Assembly (NCBI GenBank): GCA_003169695.1
Contig: PNAS01000027.1
Location: 40,488-104,487, forward strand
Length of the DNA: 64,000 nucleotides
Origin: Spartobacteria bacterium
GTDB taxonomy: Bacteria; Verrucomicrobiota; Verrucomicrobiia; Chthoniobacterales; UBA10450
Direction: 5' to 3'
Under the pieces are notes generated by a model. The model ran no database searches. It was given only the letters and a program-made list of their open reading frames with translations, and was not told the DNA's origin. This document shows positions 36,074-46,058 of this stretch, in pieces. Numbering within the stretch: position 1 is the stretch's first letter; each line of letters begins with the position of its first letter. A program made the translations under genes and the position numbers.

Positions 36074-37987
36074 TCATTTTTGGCGCGCGTCGATCTGTCT
36101 CTGCGCCCGCCTTAGGTTGTCCGAAGCGACCGTGAAGTTCGGTTTCAGACGTAGCGCCGTGGAAAAATGCGGAAGACTCTTTTCGGGCTGCCCCGCCATT
36201 AGAAAAACGAGTCCGAGATTGTTGTGCGCTTCGGCGCTTGTCGGATTGAGCCGCAATGCCTCATTCAGCTGTGCGGTTGCTTCCGAAAGCTTGCCCTGAC
36301 GCGCCAGCATCAGCCCAAGATTCGTGCGGATATCAGGGTCGTTCGGGGCAAGCTCCAGCGCCTTGTAGAACTGCTGCAGGGCGTCATCCCCCTTTTCCTG
36401 TTTGACCAACGCCAGCGCGAGCTGCATATGCGCTTTGGCGGAGTCCGGCTCAACGCCCAGGGCTCGATGGTAGTAGGAGATGGCCTCGGCCGGCTTGCCT
36501 TGTTCCAAGAGAGTGACGCCCACGTTGATGAGCGCGTCGAAGAAGTCGGGCTTAATTCGCAATGCTTCCTCGAAATGTGGAATGGCTTCATCGTATCTTC
36601 TTTGCTGACCCAGAACGTGACCAAGATTGTAGTGGACGACCAGGTTGTCGGAAGTGACCGACAAGGTATATTCAAACAAGGTCATACTATCACGCCATCG
36701 GCTGATCTGGAGCGCGGTCAGAGATCCAGAGAGCAAGAGCACGGCTATCGACACTACAGCGATGCTGACGCGCCCGATACACCATGCGATCGCCAGATCC
36801 GCGAGGCCGAAGACGAGAGCCACGAAGAGTCCGATGGAAGGAATGTAGTGGTAGCGATCTGCCATCGCCTGGCCACCGACCTGCACCAGCCCGATCACCG
36901 GAACCAATGTCCCCAGGAACCAGAGCCATCCCATGATGAGATATGGCCGTTTCCTCGCCTGTTGAAGCGCCATTGCGGTTATGGCCGAGAGGAGAACCAA
37001 GGCTGCGGCAACTTGCCAGCCCGGCACACCCGCTGGAGAAAACGGATAGTAGACACCCAAGCCGCTGGGCCAGACCGTCAAGAGAAGGTACTTGGCGTAC
37101 GATACAAACGCGTTAGACAGACGCAACGAAAGCGGCGCGTCGACAAGTCCTCGAACCGCTCCTCCATGCGCTTGCGCCAGGTAGGTGACGACCATCGAAG
37201 CACCGACCAGACAGAAGAGCGGCAGCTTTTCGCGAATCAGCGGCAGCCAAGCTCCTGCGAATCGCCTGATCCCATCCGCCGGCCGCCACTCGAGGCGGCG
37301 GAACGGCCAGTAATCCAATAAGAGCAAGACGAAGGGCCACGTCACCAGCATGGGTTTCGCCATGAGGCCTAAGCCCAGCCAAAGCGCAACCAGGGCGTAT
37401 CGCTTCCACGAAATTGCCTCCGCATAGCGAGCGTAGGCCAGCAAACTCAGCAACCCGAAGAAGGTCGCCAATGTATCTTTGCGTTCGGCGGCCCACGCAA
37501 CCGATTCGACGTGCAGCGGATGCAGGGCGAAGAGGGCCGCCACGATCGCGCTTCTCCAGGTGGCCCCAGTTACTCGCTGGAAAAAAAAGAAAAGGAGCAA
37601 CGTATTCGAAACATGGATCAGCCCGTTCACGAACAAGTGTCCACCTGCGTTCAGACCAAAGATCTGGCTGTCCACCATATGCGACAGCCAGGTGAGCGGA
37701 TGCCAGTTTGCCGCATGAAAAGTCGTAAAAGCCCAGGCGATCCCTTTCAGGGTCAACCCGCCGGCAACCATCGGGTTGTCCCGAATGTAGACATCATCAT
37801 CCAGGCTGATGAACTGATGACTGATCACCTGCCCGTAAACCGCGAGAGTGGCAACGGCCAACGCTGCCGCTATCAATAGTTCACTCCGACCAAAGCTCCT
37901 CGCCGCCTGCGCAGGCCTAACGATTCGCGGCCTCTCGCCGTGACGAGCCTTGCGGCCGCCAACGGACACACGGCGTTGCTTTTTCAT
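36074..37987 (-). CDS. TMTC-like multi-pass GT-C membrane protein with C-terminal TPRs
   Basis: SLDDDVYI, NWHPLTWLSH, HPLHVESVAW..ERKD, ADRYHY, followed by about six TPR repeats; start placed at ATG 37987. Confidence 0.85.
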   Translation of the reverse strand: MKKQRRVSVGGRKARHGERPRIVRPAQAARSFGRSELLIAAALAVATLAVYGQVISHQFISLDDDVYIRDNPMVAGGLTLKGIAWAFTTFHAANWHPLTWLSHMVDSQIFGLNAGGHLFVNGLIHVSNTLLLFFFFQRVTGATWRSAIVAALFALHPLHVESVAWAAERKDTLATFFGLLSLLAYARYAEAISWKRYALVALWLGLGLMAKPMLVTWPFVLLLLDYWPFRRLEWRPADGIRRFAGAWLPLIREKLPLFCLVGASMVVTYLAQAHGGAVRGLVDAPLSLRLSNAFVSYAKYLLLTVWPSGLGVYYPFSPAGVPGWQVAAALVLLSAITAMALQQARKRPYLIMGWLWFLGTLVPVIGLVQVGGQAMADRYHYIPSIGLFVALVFGLADLAIAWCIGRVSIAVVSIAVLLLSGSLTALQISRWRDSMTLFEYTLSVTSDNLVVHYNLGHVLGQQRRYDEAIPHFEEALRIKPDFFDALINVGVTLLEQGKPAEAISYYHRALGVEPDSAKAHMQLALALVKQEKGDDALQQFYKALELAPNDPDIRTNLGLMLARQGKLSEATAQLNEALRLNPTSAEAHNNLGLVFLMAGQPEKSLPHFSTALRLKPNFTVASDNLRRAQRQIDARQK

Positions 37988-38019
37988 TCCGCCAGTTTTC
38001 CGAGCCACACGATTCAAGT

Positions 38020-38064
38020 TATCCGCAAATTACGCAGATGAACGCAGATTTTCTCGGCGAACCA
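38020..38064 (+). repeat. Direct repeat copy 2 flanking the TPR/GT-C gene
   Basis: TATCCGCAAATTACGCAGATGAACGCAGATTTTCTCGGCGAACCA. Confidence 0.8.
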
Positions 38065-38109
38065 TGTGGCATGGCGTTTGATACAAACGCCCTGCAAATG
38101 TGCGGACTA

Positions 38110-38868
38110 CTAAGCTGCCGTGTCTGGAGTTTTCAGTAGCTTGATTGCGTCGCGCAGCTCGGCGGCGCGCTCATAGAGTTCGCTTGCGATAGCGACCTCC
38201 ATCTCGCGCTGCATGATCTCTAGCTTCGAGAGCGGACGTTTCGAGCTGACTTCCTCGAGCCACTCCTCAAGAAAGGCGAGCTCGGAACTTTTCGTCGCCA
38301 GCTCCGGAAAATTTGATTGCTGAAAGAATTCCTGAATGGCATCGCGGCCCCGCTCGATCTCGCGCATGGCGTCGCCAAACCGGCCTTCGCCGAGGAGGAT
38401 CGAAGCTTTGGCGCGCGTGTTCATCATCAACACGTAGGGACGAAATTGCTGGAAGCTCCAAATAAGCTCGTCGCGGTCGGCGTGCTCGGCGACGAAGGCG
38501 AAGAGATCGAGGTTGCGTTGCGTGTCACGAATCACGCCGGGGAAATCGTTGATCTGAAAAAGACTAAGGTAACGGTGATAGTACTGAATGCCTTCCTGCT
38601 GGAGCTCGTTGCATTGCTCGGGCGTAAGCTCGTAGTTCTCGCCGCGCGCTTCGGCTCGCTCGGCGCGGCGTTGATGATAAACGAGCAACGACTCGCAGTT
38701 GTGCGGCCGCTGCCCATCGGGCCGGCCGGTCACTTCCATCTGCAGAATGCCGAGGTCGATCCGGAGCTGCAATTTTTCGTTGCCATCCAGGCCGACGATT
38801 TTACGCACTTTGATCGCGCCGGTTTCATGGGGCCAATCTTTGAGGAGCGAATTGAGATCAAGACTCAT
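38110..38868 (-). CDS. UvrB/UvrC-motif-containing protein
   Basis: C-terminal MEVAIASELYERAAELRDAI UVR motif; QLRIDLGILQME..GRPDG..P N-terminal block. Confidence 0.8.
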   Translation of the reverse strand: MSLDLNSLLKDWPHETGAIKVRKIVGLDGNEKLQLRIDLGILQMEVTGRPDGQRPHNCESLLVYHQRRAERAEARGENYELTPEQCNELQQEGIQYYHRYLSLFQINDFPGVIRDTQRNLDLFAFVAEHADRDELIWSFQQFRPYVLMMNTRAKASILLGEGRFGDAMREIERGRDAIQEFFQQSNFPELATKSSELAFLEEWLEEVSSKRPLSKLEIMQREMEVAIASELYERAAELRDAIKLLKTPDTAA

Positions 38869-38998
38869 TATGTGATCAACGTTCGGAACACACTCTCTCT
38901 TTGTCAATCCTTCGAACGTCGAATGGCGAATGAGGCGACTCAAAGATCGAACTTCGCACTTCCAAAATCACCCAATCGCTGATTCGCTAAATGCCTAA

Positions 38999-39889
38999 GT
39001 GGAACAGGAGATTGATTCGTTTATCCGTTTCCTCGCAACGGAGCGCGGTCTCTCGAGTAATTATCAACTCTCCACGCGCCGGTCGCTGACCGAGTTCGCG
39101 GCCTGGTGTTCGAGTGCCAGAAAAATTACGGTCCCCTGGGAGGTGACGCAGCCGCTAATCAGTGAGTACCTTTCGATACGAAAGAAGGGCGGACTCTCGG
39201 CGTCGTCGATCAAACTGGTCGTCGTGGCGTTGAAGATTTTCTTTCGGTTTCTGAGCGGGAAGGGCGCGCTCGAACGCGACCCAACGGAAACGCTTACGCT
39301 GCCACGAATTGAACGTTATCTGCCGGAGACGCTGAACGAGCTTCAAGTCGAATGCCTGATTGAAAGCATCGATACGAAACATCCGCTCGGGTTGCGCGAC
39401 CGCGCGATCGTGGAACTGCTCTACGCGAGCGGGCTGCGAATTTCGGAATTGGCGGATGCACGCCTCGAGAATCTGAATTTCGAAGAGCGCATTCTGCGCG
39501 TGACCGGCAAGGGAAACAAGATGCGCCTGGTGCCGGTGGGAAGGAAAGCGTGTCATGCACTCACCTCCTATATCACGACGGAACGCCCGAAGCTGGTGAA
39601 GCGCCGCAGCGGGAGCGAGATTTTTCTGTCGCGCCGCGGGACGAAGCTTACGACTGTTCGCATTTGGCAAATCGTGAAGACGCTCGCGCGGCACTCGGGA
39701 CTGGAGATGAATATTTATCCGCACCTGCTCCGCCATAGTTTCGCGACGCACCTGCTCAGCAATGGCGCGGACCTGCGAATCATCCAGGAACTGCTTGGCC
39801 ACGCCGATATTTCGACGACGCAGGTTTACACGCACGTGGACCAGCAACGGTTGAAAGCCGTGCACCGGAAGTTTCATCCGCGGGCTTGA
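38999..39889 (+). CDS. xerD: Site-specific tyrosine recombinase, XerD/XerC type
   Basis: RDRAIVELLYASGLRISEL, GKGNKMR, HLLRHSFATHLL and LGHADISTTQVYTH; full catalytic set. Confidence 0.85.
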   Translation: MEQEIDSFIRFLATERGLSSNYQLSTRRSLTEFAAWCSSARKITVPWEVTQPLISEYLSIRKKGGLSASSIKLVVVALKIFFRFLSGKGALERDPTETLTLPRIERYLPETLNELQVECLIESIDTKHPLGLRDRAIVELLYASGLRISELADARLENLNFEERILRVTGKGNKMRLVPVGRKACHALTSYITTERPKLVKRRSGSEIFLSRRGTKLTTVRIWQIVKTLARHSGLEMNIYPHLLRHSFATHLLSNGADLRIIQELLGHADISTTQVYTHVDQQRLKAVHRKFHPRA

Positions 39890-40013
39890 TGGGCGGCGCG
39901 CGGCGCCGTCCTCTCAGCTAAGGTTCGCGGCGGTCCGACCACGAACGAACACCGCAGCGCGGCCTGCCCGGAAAAATTCGCGGCGGCGGTAGACCGCGCT
40001 ACAATGTCCGCCT

Positions 40014-41870
40014 ATGAAACGATTTCAGCTGCTCGTCATCGTGTCGATGATCACGGCGGGCGCCATCTGGATGGGCCTCTACCGGTCCCGCCACACTTCG
40101 AGCGCCGCAGTCGCCGCGCTCCTTCCGAAAGACACTCTCGCGTTTGTGCACATGCCGGATTTCAACCGGTCGCGCGCGGAATTGCATCAGACGGATCTCT
40201 ACCAAATCTGGACTGAACCGGCCGTGGAGGATTTCCTGCAAAAACCCCGCGCGAAAATTCCCATGAACGAGGCCTTGGCACCAACTCTTCAGGAATGTGA
40301 ATCCCTCCAGATGAAGGACGCGTTTGTCGCCGTGCTCACTATTGAATATGGCGCGTGGAAAATAGTGGGCGGGTTCCGGTTCAAAGGAGACCCTGGGAAC
40401 GCGGAAAAAATCGTGGCGAACTGGAAGGCAAAGTTGCTCGGCAAGACGCCGGATTTCAAACGGGAAACCGTGGATTACCAGGGCCATCAGATCCAGGCCG
40501 ACACCGCGGGTATCGTCCATCTCTCCACAGTGCGCGACGGTCAATGGTTCTTTGTCGCGAACGATCCCGAGCAGTTGAAGTCGCTGTTGGATCGCGTGGA
40601 TGGCCGGGTCAAAGACCCCAACAGTGCGCTCGCGGCGGATGACGTTTTCGCCGCGGCAGCCAAGCGAATGCCCTCGAGCTACACGGCGCTGGCCTTTGCG
40701 CGGATCGATCGAGTGGTCGAGAAGCTGATGCCTCTCGCGGACAAAGACGCGAATGAATCAGCCGATCAGCTGAGGGCGATACGTCAAATCCGCAGCCTTT
40801 GCGGTGCGACCTCTTTCGATGGCGGAAAAATCCGAGACACGATTTTCGTTGGCATGCCGAAATTGTTGGACGCGGGCAATCTTATGCGCGTGTCGCTTCC
40901 GATTGCGACGAAGGACACATTTCTCTACGCTGCCGGCTTTTTGAATTTGACGAAGCCGGTGCCACTCCCGAGTTCGCAGGGCGCCCTCGGGTGGATGGGT
41001 GGTTTGCAGAAAATCACCAACGCCCTTTCGTCGAATGGCATAACTCTGGAAGGTTGGAACAGCGCCTTCGGGCCGGAATTGAGTTGGGTGGGCGATTGGC
41101 CGGCGAACTCTCACTGGCCTTCGCTCTTTGCCACCCTTCCCGTGAAAGATCCGGCGAAGGCGAACAAAATTGTGAGCGTCATCACAACGGCGAATGAGGA
41201 CTCCGCCGCCTGGACGCATCAGGAAAAAGATGGCGTACAATATTTTTCCACGCGCTCGGGCGGGCAATTCTTCTCCCTTTCGCCCACGATCGGATTGTCG
41301 GACCGGATGTTGGTGGCGGGTGCGGACGCGGGATCGGTGGAAGCCGCGATGAAGCGAAGCGCGAATGGAAATTCCGAGCTGGCCACTTCAAAAAATTTCC
41401 AGAATGCCGAACGTGCGGTTCCCACAGCCAAGCAGGCGTTCACCTACATCGACCCCGCCCTTATCTACACCCGAATGGATGCGACTTTGCGACCAATGCT
41501 TTTCATGAGCGCGGCCTTTCTGCCCGGGATCGCCGAGACGGTCGATCTGAACAAGCTGCCCGCCCCCGAAGTCATCACGAAGCATCTTAGCCCGATTGTG
41601 ATGTCGCAAAGTTATGACGGAGACGGATACATCGCAGAGTCGGTCGGTCCGGTCACCGTCTACCAAACGATCATCGGTGTGGGCGGGCTTGGCGGAGCGG
41701 CAGCGGTGCTTTATCACTACCAAACGCGCGGGCAGACTCGCGGACCGGCCGGTTCTCCGGTGGCGCCCGCAATCGCCCCGGCGGCATCGTCGTCGGTCTC
41801 TCCCTCCTCAGGCCCGGACGCGTCGCCGGAGCAAATGGCGCGCTGGGATCGCGCGCTGAGCCAACCCTAA
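40014..41870 (+). CDS. Exported/membrane-anchored hypothetical protein (DUF3352-like)
   Basis: N-terminal hydrophobic anchor, LLPKDTLAFV motif, 618-aa open frame; family call tentative. Confidence 0.6.
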   Translation: MKRFQLLVIVSMITAGAIWMGLYRSRHTSSAAVAALLPKDTLAFVHMPDFNRSRAELHQTDLYQIWTEPAVEDFLQKPRAKIPMNEALAPTLQECESLQMKDAFVAVLTIEYGAWKIVGGFRFKGDPGNAEKIVANWKAKLLGKTPDFKRETVDYQGHQIQADTAGIVHLSTVRDGQWFFVANDPEQLKSLLDRVDGRVKDPNSALAADDVFAAAAKRMPSSYTALAFARIDRVVEKLMPLADKDANESADQLRAIRQIRSLCGATSFDGGKIRDTIFVGMPKLLDAGNLMRVSLPIATKDTFLYAAGFLNLTKPVPLPSSQGALGWMGGLQKITNALSSNGITLEGWNSAFGPELSWVGDWPANSHWPSLFATLPVKDPAKANKIVSVITTANEDSAAWTHQEKDGVQYFSTRSGGQFFSLSPTIGLSDRMLVAGADAGSVEAAMKRSANGNSELATSKNFQNAERAVPTAKQAFTYIDPALIYTRMDATLRPMLFMSAAFLPGIAETVDLNKLPAPEVITKHLSPIVMSQSYDGDGYIAESVGPVTVYQTIIGVGGLGGAAAVLYHYQTRGQTRGPAGSPVAPAIAPAASSSVSPSSGPDASPEQMARWDRALSQP

Positions 41871-41929
41871 ACGGCTGGGCGGGAGAAATCTGCTGCGTTA
41901 CGGGCAAAATGTGATATCATTTTCGCCTT

Positions 41930-42298
41930 ATGGCTATTCTCAAGAAAAATGCATTCTCGCGCCGAGTTCCTGATCTTGTGACAGAGGAATTAGTTGCGGT
42001 GCTTTCCCGGCGTGCATCGTTCGAGTTCAAGCAACTCTTCGATATCGTGCACGAAAATCTGCGCGCGCGAAATGCGGCCAGCGGTGGCGAGGAGATGCTT
42101 CGCCTGCGAGCGTATGAGAAGCTGCAAAATCTTGTGGCGCGTGGCGCGGTGAGAAAGACCGGCAAGAAATACAAAGGGCTTCCGGCGGCTCTCGCGGCAG
42201 CGATCGCTCCACAGAACGGACATATTCCCGCCGCGGCCGCCGCGGCCGCCAGCGCCAGGACCGCCGCCATCGCCCGGGCCGCCGCCGCGGCCAAGTAA
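41930..42298 (+). CDS. Small basic hypothetical protein with Ala-rich tail (possible winged helix)
   Basis: Helical pattern ending LQNLVARGAVRKTGKKY; TGnTATCAT just upstream. Confidence 0.65.
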   Translation: MAILKKNAFSRRVPDLVTEELVAVLSRRASFEFKQLFDIVHENLRARNAASGGEEMLRLRAYEKLQNLVARGAVRKTGKKYKGLPAALAAAIAPQNGHIPAAAAAAASARTAAIARAAAAAK

Positions 42299-42340
42299 AC
42301 CAGCGCTTCAGCCCGGCCGACCGCGCTTGCCTGAACAATC

Positions 42341-42712
42341 ATGATTCACGATTATCTTCCATTGCTACTGCACATTGGGGTCGCGATCGGCTTTGCAGTC
42401 TCCGCGCTGCTCGTCAGCGTGCTCCTCGGCATGGCCGGCCGACGCACACGCGTGAAAGATACCGCATACGAGTGCGGGATGGTGCCGCAGGGCGAAACGC
42501 AGCCGCGCTTCAGCGTGAAGTTTTACCTGGTCGCGATGCTTTTCATTCTCTTCGATCTCGAGATCGTGTTCATGTATCCGTGGGCGGTCGTTTACAAAGA
42601 GATGGTCGTCGAAAGCAAGCTGATCCTTTGGAGCATGTTGAGCTTTATCACGATCCTGATGGTCGGATACGTCTACGCACTGAAGAAGGGCGCACTGGAC
42701 TGGAAGAAATAG
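42341..42712 (+). CDS. nuoA: NADH-quinone oxidoreductase subunit A
   Basis: YECG, FSVKFYLVAMLFILFDLE..F.YPW and KKGALDW motifs. Confidence 0.95.
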   Translation: MIHDYLPLLLHIGVAIGFAVSALLVSVLLGMAGRRTRVKDTAYECGMVPQGETQPRFSVKFYLVAMLFILFDLEIVFMYPWAVVYKEMVVESKLILWSMLSFITILMVGYVYALKKGALDWKK

Positions 42713-42807
42713 CGGCTGGTTTCCAACCAGACGGCTCAAGGGACCTTCGCTAAATCGCCGGTTTCCGGCTTGCCTGCCAGGCGCTCTCCACCTAAAGCTA
42801 AGCCCCC

Positions 42808-43125
42808 ATGGTGCATCACATCGTCTTATTCAAGCTCAAGCCCGAGGTCACTCTTGCGCGGATCGAAGAGATGATGATGAACACGCGCATGCAACTCCTG
42901 AAGATTCCAGAGGTGCTAAGCATTAAATGCGGAAAACGGATCGATCCGGAATTGCCCTGGCCCTTCTTTATCGCGATCGATTTCGAATCGATGGACCGGT
43001 ACGAGATCTTCCGCGAGGATCCGATCCATGTGAAATTTATGGAGGAAGTGATCAAGCCAAACACCTCTGATTCTCTTGCCCTCGATTTCGAGATGGATCC
43101 GGGGAAAGACGTCCGGTTTTCGTAG
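42808..43125 (+). CDS. Dabb (stress-responsive A/B barrel) protein
   Basis: MVHHIVLFKLK, LKIPEV, DFES, DPIH and LDF motifs. Confidence 0.85.
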   Translation: MVHHIVLFKLKPEVTLARIEEMMMNTRMQLLKIPEVLSIKCGKRIDPELPWPFFIAIDFESMDRYEIFREDPIHVKFMEEVIKPNTSDSLALDFEMDPGKDVRFS

Positions 43126-43211
43126 GTGGGATCGGCCGGCGGAGTCGAGCGACCCGCCCGACAGTGCGTTGCTATTTAAGCGCCGTGGCTTGATCATGCC
43201 GCGAAAGTCCA

Positions 43212-45140
43212 ATGCGACTCGCTTATCTCTACTCGCGTTATCCCGTTCTCTCGCAAACTTTTTGCGACACGGAGATGCTCGCGCTCGAACATCTGGGATT
43301 TGCCCTCATGGTCGGTTCGATCCATCCGCCACTCACGAGCATTCGACACGCGCATGCCGGCAGGCTGCAGGCCCCCATTTATTACGCGCCGCCGCAGCCG
43401 ATCCTGCGGCTCTGGGAAGAAAAAACTCGCGCGGAAAATCGATGGCCGGAGGCGCTCATCGCGACGCACGAACGAAAATACGGCAACGGGGTCAAGGCCG
43501 CGACGCGTGCTCGAAACGCCAGCTACTTCGCCGAACTGTTTGCGCGAAACAAAATCGACCACTTTCACGTGCACTTCGCGAACCGCGCGGCGCATACCGC
43601 CCTCTTTCTGAAAGCGATGGCGAACATCCGGTTCAGCATCACCGCGCACGGTCAGGATTTTATGGCTGATCTCGGCAACGACGATCTCCTCCGGGAGATT
43701 TGCGACGCCTCTGAGTTCGTCGCGGTTGAGACCGAATACAGTCGCGGCTTGATGGCGCAACGCTGTCCGGGGTCAGCGGATAAGATTCATCGCGTGTATA
43801 ACGGAATGAACCTCGCCAATTTTTTCCGACCCGCAGCGACCGTTCAAGTCGCTGGGTCCGTCCAAATTCTGAGCGTCGGGCGGCTGGTTGCGTTTAAGGG
43901 TTTCGAATACTTGATCGAAGCGTGCGAACAAATGCGGCGGCGGAGCGTCCAGTTCCGCTGTGAAATCGTCGGCGACGGGCCGTTGCGCGAAAGTTTGCAA
44001 CAACGGATTGATGATTTGCGACTCGGCGGCCTTGTGACGTTGCACGGCGCCTTGCCGCAAGACCGTGTCATCGAGAAACTCCAGCGGTGTGATGTTTTCG
44101 CGCTGGCCTCAACCGTGGACGATGCGAACGCGAGCGACATCTTTCCGACTGTGATCCTGGAGGCGATGGCATCCGCGCGCCCCGTGGTCTCGACTACGGT
44201 GGCCGGGATTCCTGAAGCGGTGGTCAATAAGGAAACGGGATTGCTGGTCCGGGCCGGCGAGAGCGGTCTTTTCGCCGACGCGTTGGAGATTCTCTGCCGG
44301 GACAGCGAGCTGAGAGCACGTTACGGCTCAGCTGGGCGCACGCGGATCGAAGATTACTTCAAAGTGGAAACGACGGTCCGACCGCTGATCGAACTCTTCG
44401 AAAAACACGGACGCGCCGCGGCCCCGGCGGCGGAGAGCCCGCCAAATTCTTCACCTCGAACAAGGATTGCTTACCTGATCGACCGGTGGCCCGATGACAC
44501 GTCGCCTTCGATCGAAACGGAATTGTTTGAACTTCAGAAACGAAACCATGCAGTGACGGCATTCGTCTGCGAATTCACGCCCGGCCTCCGGCGGACGGCC
44601 GGGATGAACCGATTGGCGCTTCAGCTCGAATTTCTCCCGGACGCGATGGCGATCGAAGCCGAATGGCAGGCCAATCGAAAGCTCGTGCTCGCCTTGGAAG
44701 ACGATCGCGCGAATGAAACCGCTCGCGCACCGGTCGACCTCTTTTTGCGGCAAGCGCGTTTTGCGATCACTTTGCGGCGGATGTTTGCCCAGAAGAATAT
44801 TTCCCACGTGCACGCGACCAGCTCGGGCGCGTTGATCTGCGGAGTTCTATTGAAGAAATTGCTCCGGGTCACTTTGAGCGCATCGATTGAAGCGAAGCCG
44901 CTGGTCTCGCGCGAGGTCATCGAGAATGCGCTGCGGCATGCCGTGGGTGGTCGAATTGCCGATCGCAAATTAAGCGAGCACCTGGGCGATCCTTTCGTCT
45001 TCGACCGCGCCGGCAGCAATCGCGTCTGGGTCCGAAGCCTGCGTTGGTTGAAACCGGTGAGCAGGATCGGTTTGACTCGCCGCGCCCGTTTTTGGCAGGA
45101 ATGGGCCGATCTGCTCGATCGCTGGAGCTCCGGGGCGTGA
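43212..45140 (+). CDS. GT4 glycosyltransferase (WcaL-like) with extra degenerate C-terminal domain
   Basis: AYLYSRYP.LSQTF, HFHVHFA, SITAHG, VGRLVAFKG, LEAMA and GIPEAV; a second IAYLIDRWP...SHVHA module follows. Confidence 0.85.
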   Translation: MRLAYLYSRYPVLSQTFCDTEMLALEHLGFALMVGSIHPPLTSIRHAHAGRLQAPIYYAPPQPILRLWEEKTRAENRWPEALIATHERKYGNGVKAATRARNASYFAELFARNKIDHFHVHFANRAAHTALFLKAMANIRFSITAHGQDFMADLGNDDLLREICDASEFVAVETEYSRGLMAQRCPGSADKIHRVYNGMNLANFFRPAATVQVAGSVQILSVGRLVAFKGFEYLIEACEQMRRRSVQFRCEIVGDGPLRESLQQRIDDLRLGGLVTLHGALPQDRVIEKLQRCDVFALASTVDDANASDIFPTVILEAMASARPVVSTTVAGIPEAVVNKETGLLVRAGESGLFADALEILCRDSELRARYGSAGRTRIEDYFKVETTVRPLIELFEKHGRAAAPAAESPPNSSPRTRIAYLIDRWPDDTSPSIETELFELQKRNHAVTAFVCEFTPGLRRTAGMNRLALQLEFLPDAMAIEAEWQANRKLVLALEDDRANETARAPVDLFLRQARFAITLRRMFAQKNISHVHATSSGALICGVLLKKLLRVTLSASIEAKPLVSREVIENALRHAVGGRIADRKLSEHLGDPFVFDRAGSNRVWVRSLRWLKPVSRIGLTRRARFWQEWADLLDRWSSGA

Positions 45141-45152
45141 TCGCCTTTTCGC

Positions 45153-46052
45153 ATGAATAAAAAAGCAATTCTTCTCGCCGGGGGGGCAGGCACCCGCCTC
45201 TATCCGCTGACCAAGATTGTCTGCAAACAGCTGCTGCCCGTTTACGACAAGCCGATGATTTGCTATCCGCTCGCCACTCTGATGCTCGGCGGGTTGCGGG
45301 AAGTGTTGATTATCTCCACGCCAAAGGACCTACCGATGCTGCAGGATTATCTCGGCGACGGCTCACGGCTCGGAATCCGGATCGATTACGCCGCGCAGCC
45401 AAAGCCGGAAGGAATTGCCCAGGCGTTCCTCATCGGCGCGAAGTTTCTCGGCGATTCCGGCGCGTCCCTAATCCTGGGCGACAACATTTTCTACGGGAAA
45501 CTAGACTTCTTTCGCGAAGCGCTCGCCCTTGAGCGCGGCGCCTGCATTTTTGGTTATCAGGTGCGCGATCCCGAGCGCTATGGAGTAGTGGAGTTTGGCC
45601 CCGACGGTCGCGCGCTTAGCCTCGAGGAGAAGCCGAAACATCCCAAGAGCCACTTCGCGATCCCCGGGCTGTATGTTTACGACAACCGCGTCGTGGAATT
45701 TTGCCGGGATCTGCGGCCGTCAGCGCGCGGCGAACTGGAGATCACCGATCTCAATTTAGTTTATCTCAAGCAAAAAGGACTTCACGTAAAGTTATTGGGG
45801 CGCGGGATGGCGTGGCTGGACACAGGAACGCAAACCAGCTTGCTCGAAGCGGGAAATTACATCGCGACGATTGAACATCGGCAGGGTCTGAAAATCGCCT
45901 GTCTGGAAGAGGTCGCGTTCCGAATGGGCTTTATCAATGAGTCGGAACTGGAGCGAATCGTCGATGGGTTGCCGAAGGGCGAATACCAGGAATATCTGCA
46001 ACTCGTCTGTGCCGAGGGACCGACCGCGTATCCGCCCGAGCCAGCGGCGTGA
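45153..46052 (+). CDS. rfbA: Glucose-1-phosphate thymidylyltransferase
   Basis: LAGGAGTRLYP, KQLLPVYDKPMI, LEEKP, SARGELEITD and WLDTGT motifs. Confidence 0.96.
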   Translation: MNKKAILLAGGAGTRLYPLTKIVCKQLLPVYDKPMICYPLATLMLGGLREVLIISTPKDLPMLQDYLGDGSRLGIRIDYAAQPKPEGIAQAFLIGAKFLGDSGASLILGDNIFYGKLDFFREALALERGACIFGYQVRDPERYGVVEFGPDGRALSLEEKPKHPKSHFAIPGLYVYDNRVVEFCRDLRPSARGELEITDLNLVYLKQKGLHVKLLGRGMAWLDTGTQTSLLEAGNYIATIEHRQGLKIACLEEVAFRMGFINESELERIVDGLPKGEYQEYLQLVCAEGPTAYPPEPAA

Positions 46053-46058
46053 TTCAGA

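Noticed and set aside
38999..39889. Tyrosine recombinase as a prophage or island integrase
   Set aside because: Size and motifs fit housekeeping XerD/XerC; no tRNA, att site or phage genes nearby
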